Below are positions 1-14,486 of a DNA stretch of 64,000 bases, in pieces. The notes under the pieces were generated by a model. The model saw only the letters and a list, made by a program, of their open reading frames with translations. It searched no databases and was not told the origin of the DNA. A program made the translations under genes and the position numbers. Origin of the DNA: Rhizophagus irregularis. Lineage: Eukaryota. Within the stretch, counting starts at the first letter, position 1, and each line of letters begins with the position of its first letter. The stretch lies in the NCBI RefSeq assembly GCF_026210795.1, contig NC_089430.1, positions 1,984,001-2,048,000 on the forward strand. Reading direction: 5' to 3'.

Positions 1-2666
1 GTAATTCATTCATAGTTTTGTCTAATTCTTCTTTATAATAAGCAATGAAAGGATGCTCATATGTAATATGGTCTTCTCCATATATATTGGCAAATCCACG
101 ATTATTAAGGATTGAATATATATACTGACGCAATTTTGTTGTTGCTACATGTGCTATTTCATCGTTTCCAATGCGATACCTAGAAATGTTAGTTAATAAT
201 GTGGATAATAAAGATGCTTTATTAACAATATTTGCTTCAAGATGATAATGTTGTCCTGTACTTTGAAAGTATTTTGTTGCATAGGATAATATTGTCTCAA
301 TAATATGGCGTTGTAAAACTGCTTGAATAAGTAATTGATCATCTTTTTGATTTGTAATTTTAATTGAACATTTATAAAGCAATAAAAGCTTTTTAATTTC
401 TTCCATATTAACAATAACATCCTGATTCAAATCAGTTATGTATTTTTTTAGATTATCACTTAATTGTAAGATATCGTTATTTAAACTATTAATATGATTT
501 TGGTTAGTATCTTCTGATTGGTAGTTTGATGTTTCGTCCAATAAAATATTTTGTTGAAAATTATTTTCTAATTGATTCAATAAATAGATATTTTTTTGGT
601 GCAAATTTCCATTTTCATTATCTAATTCTTCCTTTTCTTTTTCTAACTTTTTTAATTGATTCTCTTTCAATTTTACATCTTGTTGTAATTGATTGATTCT
701 TGGTTCTTGCAACTTGATTTTATTTTGATATCGTTGATTATCAATAATTTGATTTTGATATTTTTCTTCAATTCCTTTAATATCGCGTTTTAACTTTTCA
801 ACAATTATTTTATGCTGATTAGTCTCATTATTATATTTATTTATTAATGTTTTGTATTCTTCCTGTAAATTAACATAAAGTAGCATTTGGTCTTGTAATA
901 CTTCATTTTTTTCTTTAACTTCTTTAAGCTCTTTAATAGTATTTTTTAATTGATTCTTAATACGATTCTGATTAACTAGTAGATCAATATTTATTATCAA
1001 AATAAAAATTAAAATTAACGAATATTTTCCTTTAAAAAAAAAAAAGATTTATTAATTAAAATCTTACCATGATACAAGCCATACAGTACAGCTAGTAGCA
1101 AAAAAGGAAAGAAAGTTAATATCATTCTGAATCAAAAAAAAAAGAATTTATTCTCCTAAGCTATGCTCTTACCTCCTCTCATAATAGCGGTAACAGAATA
1201 AGGTGGTCTAGAAATAAGTCGTACTCTTGTATTAAATTCTTTTTTAATTCTTGATTGTAAATATTTTGATTTTCCAAGTTCACCGACTAATGATAATGCA
1301 AAACAATTATCATCACATAAACGTAATTGGGAGTCAATTAGTTGTATAATCTTTTCTATAATGGGATCAAATATCGCTTTAATATCTTCAAATTTTAACT
1401 CAAAAGACCATCCAATTCCTTTTTTATTAGTATTATATTCTTCATTACAATATTGTGCTAAAAAAGGTTGGTGTGCTAAAAATATTATGAAACAAAATTA
1501 ATTTTTTTTTTAAAAAAAAAAAGATAACTTTTCAATACATTACCTTTTGAATCAAATTTGACGGTATCAAATTCTGATTGGATTCCAGTAAAATTTATCT
1601 TGTAAAGTCTAAAAAATACTTGTAATATATATTGTATTTGGTATGGTCGATTTTCTTTAACGTAATTAATTGCAAAAGATCCAACGTTGTTCTCTAAAAA
1701 TTTAAGAAATTCTTGATCTACGGAACTACTACCACAATCATTTCCAATTCTTTCTGCTATCAAACTTAGTCTTTCATTTTCCAAAAGCTGCCTTGTTGTC
1801 AAACTTACTATGTCCCCTCCACAATCAATTATCATAAAATTTTCTAAGAAATTTAAAAATATAATTAAGAGAATAATTTTTAACAAATTTATATATCATT
1901 GTATGTTATTAATGTTTACTACTTACCACCGACCGATATATTATGAGATTTTAAATATTTCATACAAAAAATCGCAATAGCTTCGGCTATTAAAACGAAA
2001 TATTTCATAAATAATACGTTGGTTATCACGTGATAAACCATTACATATTACTTACATTCTGTGATAAATTTCAAATTTTGACTATACAGATCCCTTAATA
2101 ATCCTGCTTTGAAAGCGCATTCTCTTATAGTCCAAGTCGAAATTGTATATTTATCTGGAATCTTTATTGTTTATTTTTAAAATTATTTCTATTAATTTAA
2201 TTTCATAGTAGGAAAATTCACAACGGAAATATTGGAAATATTGAACATATATACCGCTAAGATAAATAAAATCTGAGTATAAAAATCAACCTGTCGTTCA
2301 CTACGTATAGTTTGTTCTAAAACTTTTCTCAATTCGTGAAGATAATTAGTAATGGCTATTTCATTGGACAAAGGACCACCTTCCCATTCTATATGAATAC
2401 GAATATCATTTGGATTCATGTACGAATATGCGAAGCCCTGATTAAAAAAATTATGAACTTGAGAGATTACTTGATTAAATCATGAATAATATTAACTCTT
2501 AACAAATATTATTGAGACGTACTGCACAAGAAATTCCGAAATCCCTAAAATCTTATTAAAAAAAAAAACTTAAGCGACCAAAATGACAGCAACAAATATT
2601 ACTAAATAGTAAATACATACGAATATTTGACTTACTGATACCGACAATACTGCAATAATCATTCAT
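1..2666 (-). CDS. HSP70/actin-fold (HSPA12-like) N-terminal domain plus coiled-coil protein, multi-exon, 3' end outside the window; paralog of 10496-13632
   Basis: ATG at 2666 (MNDYCSIVGI), later exons GFAYSYMN.., 'FMIIDCGGDIVSLTT', 'CGSSSVDQEFLKFL', with intron positions matching the + strand copy. Exon 2 has 2 extra nt relative to the paralog, so the frame there is uncertain and it may be a pseudogene. Confidence 0.75.
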
Positions 2667-5586
2667 GTTTTATTGAAGAAAAAAAGGGGGCTTTGTAATG
2701 GCAAGAATTTATAAATGTGATGTGGTTTAACTTTTATTCATTCACTTAACACAGATTTCGCAGAAATCAAATCTTTGTAGATGGGAAAATATAAAATATC
2801 ATTTATTTACTTTTTTCACACGATCATACATATTACATAAATCATCGAATCAGAAATGAAAGATCATCATATAAAAAATTCAGATATAAACAAACAAGTC
2901 TCAAAATCACGTAGATCTTTCCTCTTTCAGGAATGCGGCCGTGTAGTCCATAAATCGGCGGCGCAGAAAGCGTGGCACGTATCAGTCGTATCACTTCGTA
3001 CAAGACGAAACCGCTTATTATATTACAACTCATGCCGCCATGTCGGAAGTTTGCACAACATTCAACTACCCCTGCGTAACCGTGAAAAAAGCAGGTGACA
3101 AATAATGGGTGACAAATAAGTTTTGGCTAGTTAAAAAAAAACCAGGATAAGCAATAACTAATACTAAAGACTGCGGATTAGGTATCTAATTGACTCAAAA
3201 AGTTACTCTTAAGGAATTGATCAATCAAAAATCGATTAATCTTGATTGATCATGTGCAATTGATTTCTTAGTAATCAATTTTGTAGTTCAATCAATCAAA
3301 AAAAGGATATTTGGTTTAAAATTGATTGTCTAACATTTTAATAATAATTTTTTGCATAAAAAAACACATAAATGACATAATATTCATATTACTATTAAGT
3401 AAATGAGATAAGATTTGTACGTTATTAGTAAGATTGATTGGTAAAATTGTGAGAGTAAAATTGATCGTCCAATTTAAGCAAAATTGATTGAATTCAATTT
3501 TAATTGATGATAACTCGTGATCGATTAATTGACCTAATACTTGATTTGTGCACAAAAGTCATATGACTAATTTTTTGTCACTACGTCACCCCTGCTTTTT
3601 CATTTTTTATAAGTATTTTGAGGCTATTTGTTACACATTATTTATCAAATGAACGCAATACTTAATGTGGGCCAAACTCTTAATGCAGACAGACATGTTT
3701 GTGACATTTTTGTGCGGTAGTCTTAAGAGTAAGGTCTAATAATTTGATTGTTGATAAATTTATCCATTAATCATTAAATGATGAATCAATAATTCAGTTC
3801 ATTCATATTTTTATTTGTTTTATTTTACTTTATTTTTATTTTTATTTTTTTTTAAAAAAAATTCCACGTGAACTAAGCCACGGTACAAATTACAAGGACA
3901 CTATATACTAGAGCCAAAAGAAATAAAACCGTGAGCCAAACCGCCAAGTTTTGACGATGCCACCCTGGTATTTTATTTTTACTTTAGAAAGGCAGGCAAC
4001 GTTTAACTATAAACAAAGAAAATATCACGGGACAATCCAACATCTACCGGTTCAAAATTTTACTTGGTCCCGAATAATAAATTTATCTGATATCCGTGTT
4101 GTATAAATTATACTATCCGTATATCCGATTACGTTAATCCGAGTGTTGGCGGAACATTGGCAGTGCCGGCCGGCATTAAACAACGCACAGAAACTGAACC
4201 GAATTCTAGTTGCTGGTTTCATATTTACCGTGTAATCTATCACTTTTTCAATAGAATTTTTGGCACCTTCAATGTGCCTCGTAGAACTAGCGCAGTCATA
4301 ATTAATCCTTATTTGTCACTTTACTTTTATGAGACCGTTTATCTTCAGATATCCGTCGGTTACAACATTAGTTTCGGATTATCTATAGATATCCGCTATG
4401 TGATAACCCTAATACATAGTGATCGTCCACCACATGCATGGCCGTCGTTTCAATGATATGCATGGCGGATTTCCAGGAGGGAAATGTCATCTATTATATT
4501 TCGGGAAAATCGGGAAAATTGCTAACTTAACCGATACGATGACTAACAAATTCCAAGCATAATTGGAAAGTATCCGGTGCTTGATTTAAAAATTCCAGAT
4601 ACAGGGGAATTAATAGAAAAATTTGTTTGTTCTGATATACTTCTATCATACTAACGAAATAGTGTTATCAATAGTTCAAATTAGTTAAATAAATTGCTTT
4701 TATAGATATTGTATATCTAATAATATTATTGAATAGAATATTGTTTTAAATAATATGCTGACAATATAAAGAAACAGGTACACTGTTACTTATGATTTCT
4801 AATATTTTTAGGGTTCCGATTTATTTCAAGCAAAACTTTTATATTATGCATGTAAAATGCCTCTTTATCAATGTATCTATTAAATTTTAAGAAACAATTT
4901 TTTGGTTAGGTTTGTGACGAGATTTGTGAACATACAAATAGTGTGAGAGAAAAACAGTGCCTAAAATAAAATAGTCCTTTATGGTATTTACGTTAAACGT
5001 AATTTAACTAATTTATGTAATGCAAAATATTATATAATATAAAGTATTATATAATATAAATCATACAATGTTTTTTTCTGATTACAAATGATGTACGTAT
5101 AGTATAAAGACCAGACCATATTTAGTTAGATGATCAGACATTTAACGATTAAAGTCGATAAGAATTTTGTTATAGTATGAATTCAATCACAATTTGAGAC
5201 AATTTCCATATTTTCTATCATACATATTAAATAATAAGTATTCTGGTATTTTTTATTATGCTTAAAAAATAAATAGAAGTGTAATCTTGATATGATAATG
5301 AAATTACTGTAAATTGAAATTTTCTTGTATTAAACTGTTTCTATCGTTATCAACAATTGATTCTTGTCATATAAAAGTCTATAACTTCCTGTCTATCAAT
5401 GAGTCCATTACTTATTCGGTTAATAATGAGACAAATCTCAATATGAATAACATTGTTTGATAGCGCAATGAAGACAAAAAACCACTGATGATCATTTGAG
5501 CCACAAAAATACTATATAAAAGTATGCAGTAAACGAATTTATTTAATTGATCTTTTTTTCCTCTAAAAAGTTTTATTCAAATAGAA

Positions 5587-6315
5587 ATGAAGTACAATGA
5601 AGGATATTTATACGGAAAAAGAGAACTTGAAAGAAATTCAGATTATACAATGTCTCACAAATTTATCAAAGAGTATTTACAACTTGATGATTCGATCTTT
5701 AGTCATCATGATAATTGTTATTATCTCGAAAATTATAGTCATCTTGAATATAGAGGTGGCCATCGGTATCTAAGACCATCTAAATGTTCTAAATTTGTAT
5801 TAAAACAGGGACATCATCTGTTTTATAATTATCAGTGGACATACAGTTATCATGGAACAAACTCGAAAAACATCAAAAGTATCCTTCAACATGGTCTAAA
5901 GATACCTGGAACTCTTGCTGGCGAACAAATAGTCCGGATGGAGCACGGATCAACATATGGAAATGGCATCTATACTTCAAAGATTCCATTATATTCTCAA
6001 TTATACGCACCGGTAATCAGATGGAATGGCAAGTATTTTCAAACGATCTTAATGGTACGACAACGGTCAGATTCTATTGATGTTCAAGAAGGGGAGGGTA
6101 CATATACGGTTAGCACGCTTGATTACCTTAATTACGAAAATCTTCACAAGTTATATTAGGGGAAGATTTCAGCAAATGAAATGCAATATGTTTGCTTTGA
6201 TGAAAGCTCTTGCATTCTACATGCCTTGTTGGTTAAAGTTCATGACTATGATCCAATGGATTCTGATGGTGGTGAATATCGTAAAATATCCAAAATCCTA
6301 GATAATTTGAAATAG
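5587..6315 (+). pseudogene. PARP/ADP-ribosyltransferase-like protein with an in-frame TAG at 6157-6159
   Basis: Motifs 'SYHGT' and 'YGNGIYTS'. Past the TAG the same frame continues GKISANEMQYVCFDESSCILHALLVKVHDYDPMDSDGGEYRKISKILDNLK to TAG at 6313-6315. No introns seen. Confidence 0.7.
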
Positions 6316-7972
6316 CAGTTAAGAAAACGTTAACTATTTATATAAGAGTTGATATTGATTATATGAGGATAAGAATAATTTTCTTTTTTTACATAAATTT
6401 TTTTTGTATTGAGAGTCTGAAACTTTATAATTATAATAAATACTAATATATTCACATGATGTCTATCTAACTGTTAAAGAGGATTATTATATAATTATTG
6501 TCACCTATATATAAACAACAATAGTCCGAAATTTGAAATTTTATTTATTTATATTGTGTAACTTATTTTAAAGTACTTTGTTAAAATATAATAATTGCCG
6601 CGTGAATGGTAAAAAATTTTTTTGTCATATGGATTTCCATGGAATTTTTGCAAAATACATAAAAATTACATGAAAACTAGTCCGAAATTTTATGTTTTTA
6701 TTATTGCTACTTATTGAAATTATCCAACTTTAACCCATAATATTAATAAATAACCCAACGGAAATGTTCAGTACCATGTTGCTCTATCATTTTATCGGTT
6801 TAGTTTATTCATTTTACTATTCAATTTATAATTTATAAAAATATGTAGTCACATAATATTAGTGTGGTTTATAAGTGGCAGTCACCATACAGATTAAGAA
6901 AAAAGTAATCCAAAAATTCTCGAGTTTCTTTATCTACGGCTTACACATGTATTACATGTATAATACGTAGTATGAAGAGCCATCCTGGTCAAAATCTCGG
7001 GTAGTTACTCTGGACGCATCCAAGGTAAAACTAGGGATATATCTGTGGTAGTACCTGAGATTTTTGACCAATTACCCTGGATGTAAACACTACCCGGGAT
7101 GATTAAATTTTCGCTCCTACAAGATTCATCGAGTCCGCCACCTTCTGCTGGCATTTTATGCATGGGTTCCAGACTTCCGCCTTTTCTTACGTGAAAGTGA
7201 GGGTATACAAATCAACATGATCCCCATTTAGTCCCTGTAGTGCTTCTCAAGGCACTAATTCTGCGCAATTCCCCATGGCCATGTGACAAGCTTCTGATTC
7301 TTGTTGCGTCAAGTTATTTTATTTTGCGTAACATTTTCATTTTGTTGCACTGGATGCAGTGATAGTACCTTACCGCCAATTAAATAAATTTCATTAATGA
7401 TCTACAAAATTTCACCCCATTTATCGTAGGATAGAAAACAAGTCCTCCATTTTCCCTATTTTATTATTTGTACCTTGTAACGCAAAGGTTATTTAAGTAA
7501 ATAAAATATTTTATTTTTATATAGGTACTCCGTGAAGTTCCCATCCAAAGATCTTCAAAACACTTGCAACAAATACTCAATTAAGACATGTAACGTAAAA
7601 AATGTAAAAAAAAAAAAAAATTTAATTAAATCTGAAAAAAGATAAATCAATAAGCCCCTAACTCCCTAAGACCATCAAATACTGAGGTTTAATAATATAC
7701 GATTAAGGAATAATTTGTGAAGATCATAATTAATAAATTAAATAAATTAAATTAAATTAAATAAATAAAAATAATTGATAATAAATGAAACAAATAATTG
7801 TGAATAATAGTAAATAAAATTATAAAGAAAAAAAAAATTTTTTTTTATGAAAATTAATTTATTTAGGTGTTCAAAAATAATTGATTGAACATAATTTGAT
7901 AATCGACTAGGAAACGGGAACCGTTGTAAGTCCGGAGCGAGGTATAATAAATAAAGATGTAGCGATATTCTA

Positions 7973-8044
7973 CTAATTAGCAGCATAACGCCTTGGAATT
8001 CCGGTAATTTTCTGCTGATTAGCAGCATAACGCCTTGGAATTCC
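7973..8044. repeat. Short direct duplication of ATTAGCAGCATAACGCCTTGGAATTCC
   Basis: Two copies 42 bp apart; explains the duplicated peptide in the spurious ORF 7747-8061. Confidence 0.85.
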
Positions 8045-8852
8045 TGGACAGAGAAACTCATGTGATTGAAAATTTACACGTTATTTCCATAGATCATCAT
8101 AGTGCGTAGACATATATAGTTCTTCGCTTCGCTCCGGACAATAAGCCTGCAATGACTAATTTTAGCAAACAAAGTATATTTGTTTATTACCTTAGGAAAT
8201 ATTGAGGCTTAATGAACTGCATGATCAAGATATGTTTTAAGATCATTAAAAAAAAAAAAAATTTTTTATGGTCTACTAATACGTTTAAGGATTAATTTGG
8301 TAGAAATCTTAATTAATCAAAAAATATATATATATTTATAAATAATAAATAAAAAAATAATTGTTAAAATGAATGAAAAAAAGTTTTTTTTAACGCAAAT
8401 GATTTTATTTAATCTATAAGCCCCATTAACTAATTTATCAATGACATTATAATGTTTAATTACCTTCTTAGGAAATATTCAGGTTTAATCTTCTCCTTAA
8501 ACCGCAGTTATTACAATATCGTTAATTGTAATGACACAATGTATATAAATATGGATGATGTAATTATTTATTTCGAAAAAATTATATACATGTTCTAAAT
8601 ATGGAAATACAAAAAATAATTCCCATATGAAGTGAAACAAAAAATATTTTTTCGAAAGTTAAAAATTACATTATGGAGCCTCCCCCTTTTTGTTTAATGT
8701 TGAGTATTGGATATTGAAGAATTGGGAAGTCGGCTGTGGAAATAGTGAAAGATTTAAATATATATATATGTATGACATGAGTATGTTAGTGAGAGAAAAA
8801 AAATTTTTACTCTTAATTATTTACTCTTAATTATTCTTAAACAAAAAAGAAT

Positions 8853-9480
8853 ATGCCCGCAAAAATCTCCACAATGTGTTACATTCATGAATTCACTGAA
8901 TGACTTACTCAGGAGTTTACGGTAAAGGAAATTACGGCTGTTGCAAGATTGAATGATGATGATCTGACAAAAATTGTATATTTGAGAGTAAAGGTCTCCA
9001 TTCCGGTAGATCAAAATATATCAATGATTTTAATAAAGGCCAGGTGATTTTCTTGAAAGGAAAGTTTGTTGCTTGCATCAGTTGGTATAGTGTACTGTAT
9101 GTATTGTTTTGCGCGTGTTCTTTTGAAATCAACCAAAAATTTGTTAATTTTTTTTTATTTTATAAATCATAAACATATCAAAGGTTAATGCAACGTCCGT
9201 TAAGTTGATTGATAATATGGGATTCGATGATATGCTTGCGATTGGGTTAAATGTCATGATTATGGGACTAACCACCAAGACGGTCAGAAATATTGATAAT
9301 CAATCGATTATGGATTTCTATGTAGAGGAAACTTAGGAGATCGGGAACCGAGAGAATTTTGGGTTGAGGTTCGTCATAATGCAAACCTCAGATATCTCGC
9401 TAACAAGACTAATGCTATAAGTCAAAGCATGCGATCTACTACTGCTTTGATGGGTACGCTAACCTATCAGATGCCGGTGC
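8853..9480 (+). pseudogene. Degenerate two-exon gene fragment (MPAKISTMCYIHEFTE*LTQEFTVKEITAVARL...), function unknown
   Basis: Coding-like island in AT-rich DNA, TGA at codon 17, GT-AG intron about 9092-9183, frameshifts near 9025 and 9330, truncated at about 9480. Confidence 0.55.
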
Positions 9481-10495
9481 TCACCTTTTTTCTTGAATGT
9501 TCTGATTTTAACGTATACGCACATGTTTAGTATATTTTTGATTTTCAATCAATACATTATTTAATTTTTTTTTTAATTGTATTTTTTTATTTCATTAATT
9601 TTAATTATTAAATCTATTAAAATATTAATCATTTGTTAAAATTTGTCATATTGATTTTATTAGTTTAATGTATTTTTTTAAAAAAAAAATAAATAAAATT
9701 TAAAACAATACATCGAGTGAAAAGATTTATTTTCCTAATAATAATTTACACCATTTACGATAATCACGATTAAAAATAAGCTTCCTAACATTTCGCACAT
9801 TTACGAACTTTAATTTTATTATTAAAATTGAATTATAAAAAAATAATATGCTCTGACCCCCGATCATTGATCCCGTGACGCTATTAATTAATACTCCCAC
9901 ATTTGCTCCCATCAATCTCACTGAGTTATAGCCGGATCTCGAATTAATTTTAAATCTGAAAAAAAAAAAAATGAAAATATGGTCTGAACCATGCTCAAAC
10001 CGGAATTTTTAAATTATGATTTCATGTGATATTATTTACAATTTATTAAATAATTATAAAACAATTATAAACAAATGAAAGTATGATTATTATAAGATTT
10101 ACGATAAATTTAAAAAAGTACAATGTTGAAAATTGCAGCCTGTATTAAGGGATAATTCTGGCTCGAATTAAAATCAGGATCTGCATAATATACAACATTG
10201 TAAAAAAAATCAATGATCACCCCGGATAATATTTGCATCCAGGGTAAAATTAGGATGAATCCAGAGTAACGCAAAGAGACATTACATTTCTATTGTTTTG
10301 ATACATTGTTTGCAAAGGATAAGATAGATGATCTACCTAATAAAAACGTAATATTTGTATGGCGGGTAACCAGATATAGTAGTCAGTAGATCATCGAGAA
10401 AGATTATCATTTTAAGGGGCGAAGTCAATAAAAAAAAGTTCGAGTGAACGAACAAACTCTTTAGTCATTTTGTTGTCATTTTTTTTCAGAAAAAC

Positions 10496-13400
10496 ATGAA
10501 CGATTATCGTGCTATTATTGGTATCAGTAAGTTAACACATTATATAAATCTATTTTAATTTTTATTGATTCTAAAATTTTTTTTATCATGAAATTTAATA
10601 GATCTCGGAACAACTCATTCGGTACATATTAATGATATTGTTGTAAATCAATATTCGTGTTTTACTTATATAAGAAATTTTTTTTATTTAGAGCTTTGCA
10701 TACTCATTTATGAACCCGAGTAACATTTGTATCCACAAAGAGTGGAGAGATGGTATTGGATATAAAATTCCAACAGTATTATACTATGATGATGAGTATA
10801 GGAATGTTACTATTGGAAGGAATGGGCATGATAGAAACCCCGTTGAATTATTTAAATTGCTTTTAGGAAAAATGGAAAATGAACCTCCCCTGCAACATGG
10901 AAAAGCAATTATTGATTATTTTCGCGAATTTGGTAAAATTGTAAAACGAACTATACAGCATGTTGATTTTGATCAAGCTTTAATTGTTTTAACGGTAAAT
11001 AAGTTTAACATTTGTGAAATTTTAGGAAGTTTTGCTGTGAATTTGGAATTAGAAATATTTCAATTTGTTTTTTAAAATAAAAGGTTCCCGATAATAATAC
11101 GATGTTGACTCGATCTTTTTTCACTATGAGAGAATACGCTTTTAAAGCAGGGTTGCTGAGATATCCGCTCAGTCAAAATTTTAGGCTTACAACAGAATGT
11201 ACGTATTAGTTTGTTATGTGATACACAAATATAATATGGATATTAAATATTTTTTTTTTTTTGACAGCCAAGGCTATTGCACTTTATTGTATGAAATACT
11301 TGAGAGAGCATAATTTATCTGTTGGTGGTAAGTGATATAATTATTAATTTTTTAAAATTTTTTTATTTCATTAATTATATTTTTATAAATTGTTAGAAAA
11401 ATTTATAGTAGTTGACTGTGGAGATAACACAGTATATTTATCAACAATGCTGCTTTGGAACAATGAAAAATTATGTTTAATATCAGAAAGAATTGAAATT
11501 GATTGTGGTGGTGATTTGGCAGATCAAGAATTTCTTAAATTCATAGAACGTAAAATTGGTTCTTCTAGAATGAATCTTATTAGTGAAAACAAACTTCAAG
11601 AGATAAAAAATATTTTTGGATCTATCAAATTAAGTTTTACTGGAATTCAATCAGAATTCGTTACAATCAACTTTGATTCAGGTACGGTTAATATATTAAA
11701 AGTTTTTTTATCTTTTTTTTTTAAAAAAAAAAAAATATTCAGGTTTAAAATATTTTTTTAGGGTTTGCTTTGAGACAATTATTTTACCGTAATGATAATA
11801 ATAATAGATGGAATTTTAAGTTAGAATTTGAAGATGTTAAAGCGATAATTGATCCCATTGTAGAAAGGATTGTACAATTAGTTGACTCTCAATTACGTTT
11901 ATGTGATAATTGTTTTGCAATATCATTGGTTGGTGATTTTGGAAGATCAAAATATTTACAATTAAGAATTGAAGAAAAATTTAGTACAAGAGTACTTGTT
12001 TCTAGACCACCTAATTCTTGTACTGCAATATTGAGAGGAGGTAAGAATATAGGAGAGTATGAGTGCATTTTTTCTTTAATCGAGAAATATCAATTATGTT
12101 AAAATTTTATTTTATTTTTTTTTTGATAGCTGTTCTGCAGGGCTTGAATTATGGTAAGATTTTATTGTGAAAAATTTTTCTTTATTTATATTATTTAAAT
12201 TTTTGTTTTCATAGCTAATCCGGATCAGGCTTACATAATAAAGCTTGAAGAAGAAAATAAAAAGGCTCAAGAATTTAATAATTTGTTACATGAGAAGTAT
12301 GATGGTTTACAAGAAAAGTATGATAATTTACAAGAAATTGAGATAAAATATGTAAATCAAATTAGAATAAATCAACAATATAAAAATGACATCATTTTGA
12401 AAGATCAAAGCGAAAAACAAAGACAAAATAATTACAGATTATTATATGATGATTTACAAAAAAATTATGATGATTTAACAAAAAAATATAACGAAGAGAT
12501 CAATCAGAATCAAATAATTGATGAAAAGTTTAAAAATGATATCAATGTAATTGAAGAAAAATATTAAAATCAAATTAATGATATAAGTCGACAATATCAA
12601 AACAATATCGAGTTGCAAGAACAAAGAATTAATCAATTACAACAATTTTTAGAATTGAAAGAAAATAAATTGCAAAATTTGGAAAAAGAAAAGGAAGAAT
12701 TAAATGCTGAAAATGATAATCTGCATCAAAAAAATACCAATTTAGCGAACCAATTAGAAAATATTCTTCAACAAAATACTATCTTAAAAGACGATGTATC
12801 AAATATAGTATCAAATGAAAATATTGATCAAAATTATATTATTAGTTTAAATAATGATATTTCAGAACTAAATGATAATCTAAAAAAATACGTAACAGAT
12901 TTGAATCAGGATGTTATCGTTAATATGGAAGAAATTAAAAAGCTTTTATTGCTTTATAAATGTCCAATTAAAATTACAAATCAAAAAGATGATCAATTAC
13001 TTATTCAAGCAGTTTTACAACGCCATATTATTGAGACAATATTATCCTATGCAACAAAATACTTTCAAAGTACAGGACAACATTATCATCTTGAAGCAAA
13101 TATTGTTAATAAAGCATCTTTATTATCCATATTATTAACTAACATTTCGAAGTATCGTACTGGAAACGATGAAATAGCACATGTAGCAACAACAAAATTG
13201 CGTCAGCATATATATTCAATCCTTAATAATCGTGGATTTGCCAATATATATGGAGAAGACCATATTACATATGAGCATCCTTTCATTGCTTATCATAAAG
13301 AAGAATTAAACAAAACTATGAGTGAATTACGTATTGTTAAAGGTCAAGAGAAACTTGCATCCGAAAATTTGGCAGCAATTATAATTTGTGAAGTTGTAAA

Positions 13401-13632
13401 GATATTTTGGTTTAGGTTGAAAGTTCACGAATCTGTTGTACAGTATGTTTGGGTTCCATATAATGTTAAAGTAGATGAAATGTTTATGGAAGGAAGCAAT
13501 CTTGATGATAATGATGAAGAAAATTTGTGTGTTGGTTTGTGTTATTTTCCTTTAATTGGAAGAGATCTTACATTAATTGACAAAAAAGTTTTTGTTTCTG
13601 CAAAAGTCTTTACAAAAAAATCCTTGAAATAA
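10496..13632 (+). pseudogene. HSP70/actin-fold (HSPA12-like) plus coiled-coil protein, multi-exon, with in-frame TAA at 12565-12567
   Basis: Exons 10496-10526, 10602-10621, 10692.. splice to MNDYRAIIGINLGTTHSSFAYS (degenerate phosphate-1 motif); 'KIPTVLYYD', 'VVDCGDNTV', 'LVGDFGRSKYLQ'. The paralog has CAA (EEKYQNQI) where this copy has TAA. Confidence 0.75.
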
Positions 13633-14378
13633 TTTATTTGTTAATTCAATGTATTTAATGTGAAGTATTTTAGAATCTTTAAATATTTTAAATAAATAAA
13701 CAAATAAATAACCAATAACTCATAGTTCTTTATTGTAATAAAAACTAATATTTAATTTATCAAATGCATTCTATGTTTTTTTAAAAAAAAATATGCATTT
13801 TATAGTGCTAGTACATTACAATAAAAAAAAGTTAACATTAATAGTTTAACAGATAAAATAGCTTGTAGTTTGTTATATTGTAACAACTATTATGTTAATT
13901 TAATGCATAAATTCGTCAGTATTTCTAAGGCCTGATATTCAAGTGTACTTAATGTTCCAGAATTTGCTTATATTTAATTAGTTATAAATCATTTTCACGT
14001 TGCTTAATGCTGATCAAATATGCTTTTAAAGAATCCAATAATGAATGGTAAGCATCCATATAGTCTTTTATTGAAATATTCATAGATTCTTCAAGCCATA
14101 TCTGCTAAAAATATTTCTCTAATAAAGCAAGGTACCCATTTCCTTTATTCTTTGTAAATGTGATTTTGAATTTGGAAAATTTTCTTTAAGTTGCTGCCAA
14201 TTAATTTTAATTATATGCAATCATAAATGGTAAATTCCGCCATTTTGTTTCTAGCATATTAGTATGACATTTTTCCAAAGAGGCAAAGATGTATGTTTTG
14301 TTATGTGTCAAGAGATAATAAACAGTTTTGTATGGGTGTTTAGAGCTTTTTTTAAATTGGTTGATAATTATTCCTAAG

Positions 14379-14486
14379 CCCCTATAAAAAAAATTTTGAA
14401 AAAGCTCCGATAAATGATCATTTTTCTAGTTTTTATTCCGAAGAAACTCAGACACGTGATCATTTTCTGAAAAATTTTTTATAAGG
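14379..14486. mobile_element. Short degenerate MITE related to the CCCTATAAAA-terminal family
   Basis: CCCTATAAAAAAAATTTT ... AAAATTTTTTATAAGG imperfect TIRs, possible AAG TSD. Confidence 0.4.

Noticed and set aside
193..420. 75-aa ORF duplicated at 12911-13138
   Set aside because: Alternative-frame shadow of the HSP70-like paralogs' last exon.
2800..4480. GC-richer patches with short ORFs and a weak inverted pair (about 3083 and 3600)
   Set aside because: No recognisable motif, clean TIR or TSD; probably decayed TE fragments.
6980..7100. Short palindromic segment resembling 10218-10270
   Set aside because: Likely a MITE relic; ends and TSD not definable and no evidence for a structured RNA.
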